In this document: positions 28,779-32,000 of the stretch, piece after piece
Position numbering within the stretch: the stretch's first letter is position 1
Layout of the letters: every line of letters begins with the position of its first letter
Assembly: GCF_900167395.1 (NCBI RefSeq)
Contig: NZ_FUWK01000009.1
Coordinates: forward strand, 39,666-71,665
Length of the DNA: 32,000 nt
Direction of reading: 5' to 3'
Origin: Nitrosomonas europaea
GTDB lineage: Bacteria; Pseudomonadota; Gammaproteobacteria; Burkholderiales; Nitrosomonadaceae
Translations under genes and position numbers: made by a program
Notes under the pieces: generated by a model
Database searches by the model: none
What the model saw: only the letters and a program-made list of their open reading frames with translations
What the model was told of the DNA's origin: nothing

Positions 28779-30265
28779 ATGATGCAAAAATGAGCCAGAC
28801 TGAAAAGCTGCCCTGCCTGTTTGTCATTTTTGGTGCAACTGGAGATCTCGCCTCAAACAAGTTGCTGCCCGCGTTATTTGAGTTGGAAAATGCTGGCCGC
28901 CTGGCAGATAATTTTTCCATCGTTGCTTTCTCGCGCCGCGAGTGGACAACTGACGATTGGCTCGAACATCTGCGTGAAATACTGAAGAATAGGATTGATC
29001 AATCTTTTCCGGAAGGAGTGCTGGAGCGTTTTTTTGCACGTTTCCGTTATCAGCAGGGAGATCTCAACGATATCGAATCCTATCGTGTGTTAGCTGCCGG
29101 TCTGGCGCCCGGATCGGCTTGTTCTCGTACGGTATTTTATCTTGCGATCAGGCCTGCTGATTTCGTTGCGGTGATCAGGAATCTCAAAGCTGCTGGCCTC
29201 AATGAGCCGCGAGGAATGAACCGTGTAGTGATTGAAAAACCGTTTGGAGAGGATCTTGAATCGGCACAGGTACTGAATCGCTTATTGCATCAGCATTTTG
29301 ATGAAGAGCAGATTTATCGTATCGATCATTTCCTTGGTAAGGAAACCGTACAGAATCTGCTTGTTTTCCGGTTTGCCAATACGTTGATCGAGCCACTGTG
29401 GAATCGTAATTTTATTGATCATGTACAAATTACGGTGGCGGAATCGGGTGGTATTGAAAAACGTGCAGGGTATTATGATCGTGCTGGTGCGTTGCGTGAT
29501 ATGTTGCAGAATCATTTGATGCAATTATTGACCGTAGTTGCCATGGAACCGCCACCTGCTCTTGAGGCAGATGCTTTACGTGACGAAAAGGTCAAAGTAC
29601 TACGTTCGATTCGTCCCATTGCCAAGCGCGCGATACATGCCCATGCTGTGCGCGCTCAATATACTCACGGTAATATCGATGGGCAGGTGGTGGCAGGTTA
29701 TCAGCAGGAAGATAATGTTGAACGGGATTCGATTACCGAAACTTTTGTGGCAGCCAAGTTCTACATTGATAATTGGCGCTGGCGGGGAGTGCCGTTTTAT
29801 CTGCGTACAGGTAAGCGTATGCCGAAACAGAATTCGATGATCGCAATTCGTTTCAAGCATCCTCCCCAGCAACTTTTCCGTGAAACACCATTGGAATGGA
29901 TTGCACCAAACTGGGTGTTGCTTTCGATTCAGCCTGAAGAATCGATGCACATGGAAATTCATGTTAAACAACCCGGTCTCGATATGAATACCCGGGTGAT
30001 GCAGATGAACGCAAGTTTTCTCAAAACCGATGAACAGGCGCTGGATGCTTATGAAGCGCTACTGCTCGACGTCATTGAAGGCGATCGCTCACTTTTCATT
30101 CGTTTTGATGAAGTTGAATGGGCGTGGCAAGTGATTGATCCTATTCTGAAACATTGGGTGGTAGAGCGCGAATATATCCCGACTTACCCTGCTGGCAGTT
30201 GGGGGCCGGCAGAGGCTAATCGCTTGTTTGACAACGATGATCAGACCTGGCGCAACGAGCTTTAG
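28775..30265 (+). CDS. zwf: Glucose-6-phosphate 1-dehydrogenase
   Basis: 496 aa. NADP motif FGATGDLA. The active-site motif is RIDHFLGKE, a variant of the canonical RIDHYLGKE. EKPFG block present. Confidence 0.92.
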   Translation: MNDAKMSQTEKLPCLFVIFGATGDLASNKLLPALFELENAGRLADNFSIVAFSRREWTTDDWLEHLREILKNRIDQSFPEGVLERFFARFRYQQGDLNDIESYRVLAAGLAPGSACSRTVFYLAIRPADFVAVIRNLKAAGLNEPRGMNRVVIEKPFGEDLESAQVLNRLLHQHFDEEQIYRIDHFLGKETVQNLLVFRFANTLIEPLWNRNFIDHVQITVAESGGIEKRAGYYDRAGALRDMLQNHLMQLLTVVAMEPPPALEADALRDEKVKVLRSIRPIAKRAIHAHAVRAQYTHGNIDGQVVAGYQQEDNVERDSITETFVAAKFYIDNWRWRGVPFYLRTGKRMPKQNSMIAIRFKHPPQQLFRETPLEWIAPNWVLLSIQPEESMHMEIHVKQPGLDMNTRVMQMNASFLKTDEQALDAYEALLLDVIEGDRSLFIRFDEVEWAWQVIDPILKHWVVEREYIPTYPAGSWGPAEANRLFDNDDQTWRNEL

Positions 30266-30330
30266 CGGTTTTCGCGATGGTAGTGAAAGCAGCAATTATG
30301 TACCGAGTTAAAGGGCAGGATTTATTGGCA

Positions 30331-30359
30331 TTGACTTGGTCTGGCTAAACGTTCATAAT
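30331..30359 (+). promoter_or_regulatory. Sigma70 promoter of the tRNA-Tyr/Gly/Thr-tuf operon
   Basis: TTGACT (30331-30336), a 17-nt spacer, then CATAAT (30354-30359). A GC-rich discriminator (gccctgc) follows. tRNA-Tyr starts 14 nt after the -10 element. Confidence 0.6.
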
Positions 30360-30372
30360 GCCCTGCTATTTT

Positions 30373-30457
<85 letters not shown>

Positions 30458-30574
30458 GCTGCGATAATAAAAATCAGAGAGGCGCGTGGTGTCGGCGTGA
30501 ACTGGTTACATCGATTATCACGGATGGTGTGGCTGTTTATCTTGGGCATAAGGTAGTAGGTGGCCGGGCAATAA

Positions 30575-30648
30575 GCGGGTGTAGCTCAATGGTAGAGCAG
30601 AAGCCTTCCAAGCTTACGACGAGGGTTCGATTCCCTTCACCCGCTCCA
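30575..30648 (+). tRNA. tRNA-Gly (anticodon TCC)
   Basis: Acceptor GCGGGTG/CACCCGC, anticodon loop CTTCCAA, T loop GGTTCGATTCC, encoded CCA. 74 nt. Confidence 0.9.
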
Positions 30649-30675
30649 CATCGCGGTGAAAGTGATGTTCTATTT

Positions 30676-30750
<75 letters not shown>

Positions 30751-30813
30751 GGTAAGCTGTGGCTGGATTTGGTGGATTGCTGATGCAAGTGTTAATAAAA
30801 GGGAACAGACGTA

Positions 30814-32000
30814 ATGGCGAAGAGTAAATTTGAGCGGGTGAAGCCGCATGTGAATGTGGGAACGATTGGTCATGTGGATCATGGAAAGACGACGTTGACG
30901 GCGGCGATTACGACGATACTGACGAAGAAGTTTGGTGGAGAAGCCAAATCATACGATCAGATTGACTCGGCGCCGGAAGAGCGTGCACGCGGAATTACTA
31001 TCAATACATCCCATGTTGAATACGAAACAGACAAGCGCCATTACGCACACGTAGATTGTCCTGGTCATGCTGACTATGTGAAGAACATGATTACCGGAGC
31101 GGCACAAATGGATGGTGCCATTCTGGTGGTATCAGCAGCTGATGGTCCGATGCCGCAAACGCGTGAGCATATTTTGCTGGCTCGGCAAGTGGGGGTGCCC
31201 TACATCATCGTTTTCATGAACAAAGCGGACATGGTAGACGATGCTGAATTGCTTGAACTTGTCGAAATGGAGATACGCGAACTATTGTCCAACTATGATT
31301 TTCCGGGTGACGACACACCTATTATCATTGGTTCGGCATTGAAAGCGCTGGAAGGAGATAAGAGTGATATTGGTGAAGCCGCCATTCTGAAATTGGCAGA
31401 GGCACTGGATTCGTATATACCGGAGCCAGAAAGGGCAATTGATGGGGCTTTCATCATGCCTGTGGAAGACGTCTTCTCAATCTCTGGGCGTGGGACCGTA
31501 GTCACGGGGCGTGTGGAGCGTGGGATAGTCAAAGTAGGTGATGAAATCGAAATCGTTGGATTGAAACCCACGATCAAGACAGTATGTACCGGTGTGGAGA
31601 TGTTCCGTAAATTGCTGGATCAGGGGCAGGCTGGTGATAACGTGGGTATCCTGTTAAGAGGTACCAAGCGAGAAGAAGTGGAGCGTGGGCAGGTACTTGC
31701 CAAACCCGGCAGCATACTGCCACACACCAAGTTTACTGCAGAGATCTATGTGTTGAGCAAAGAAGAGGGTGGTCGTCATACACCATTTTTTGCGGGATAT
31801 CGCCCACAGTTTTATTTCAGAACAACGGATGTGACAGGATCGATTGAGTTACCGGCAGGTGTTGAGATGGTGATGCCCGGGGATAATATCTCGGTCACAG
31901 TCAATCTGATTGCGCCGATTGCAATGGATGAAGGGCTGCGTTTTGCAATCCGTGAAGGTGGACGTACCGTAGGCGCAGGCGTGGTCGCTAAAGTGATCGA
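30814..32000 (+). CDS. tuf: Elongation factor Tu, missing only the last codon or so at the window edge
   Basis: Absent from the ORF track because no stop lies in the window. Hand translation from ATG 30814 gives [29 protein letters not shown]...DCPGHADY...NKADMV... and ends ...[14 protein letters not shown]. Confidence 0.95.
   Translation, partial: MAKSKFERVKPHVNVGTIGHVDHGKTTLTAAITTILTKKFGGEAKSYDQIDSAPEERARGITINTSHVEYETDKRHYAHVDCPGHADYVKNMITGAAQMDGAILVVSAADGPMPQTREHILLARQVGVPYIIVFMNKADMVDDAELLELVEMEIRELLSNYDFPGDDTPIIIGSALKALEGDKSDIGEAAILKLAEALDSYIPEPERAIDGAFIMPVEDVFSISGRGTVVTGRVERGIVKVGDEIEIVGLKPTIKTVCTGVEMFRKLLDQGQAGDNVGILLRGTKREEVERGQVLAKPGSILPHTKFTAEIYVLSKEEGGRHTPFFAGYRPQFYFRTTDVTGSIELPAGVEMVMPGDNISVTVNLIAPIAMDEGLRFAIREGGRTVGAGVVAKVI

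Overview
The window looks like a chromosomal segment of a betaproteobacterium. A Nitrosomonas-like origin is only an inference, from EF-Tu and housekeeping protein similarity and roughly 50% G+C.

Gene content from left to right:
- 3-prime part of a CzcA/CusA-type RND pump, then a convergent ABC exporter.
- A fragment of a PEP-CTERM/exopolysaccharide locus: the PrsK histidine kinase, an EpsB-like priming sugar transferase and a secreted S1 protease.
- tRNA-Val, sdaA and an EamA transporter.
- A G+C-rich, tightly overlapping four-gene Type I restriction-modification operon: hsdM, hsdS, an AlbA_2/Schlafen-like gene, then hsdR. It sits directly after the 3-prime end of mnmE.
- The conserved rpmH-rnpA-yidD-yidC-mnmE cluster, here without dnaA.
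- Two small membrane proteins, proC-yggT-yggU, an ADP-ribosylglycohydrolase and gnd-zwf.
- A tRNA-Tyr/Gly/Thr-tuf operon.

Most notable observations:
1. The uncharacterised AlbA_2 + GHKL-like + wHTH gene is ATGA-coupled between hsdS and hsdR. This is the slot occupied by the anticodon nuclease PrrC in EcoprrI.
2. The RM block and the hsdS target-recognition domains are compositional mosaics.
3. An apparent frameshift at an A7/T7 homopolymer cuts off the true N-terminus of the EPS priming glycosyltransferase.
4. PrsK has no adjacent PrsR.

No CRISPR array, transposase or integrase was seen.
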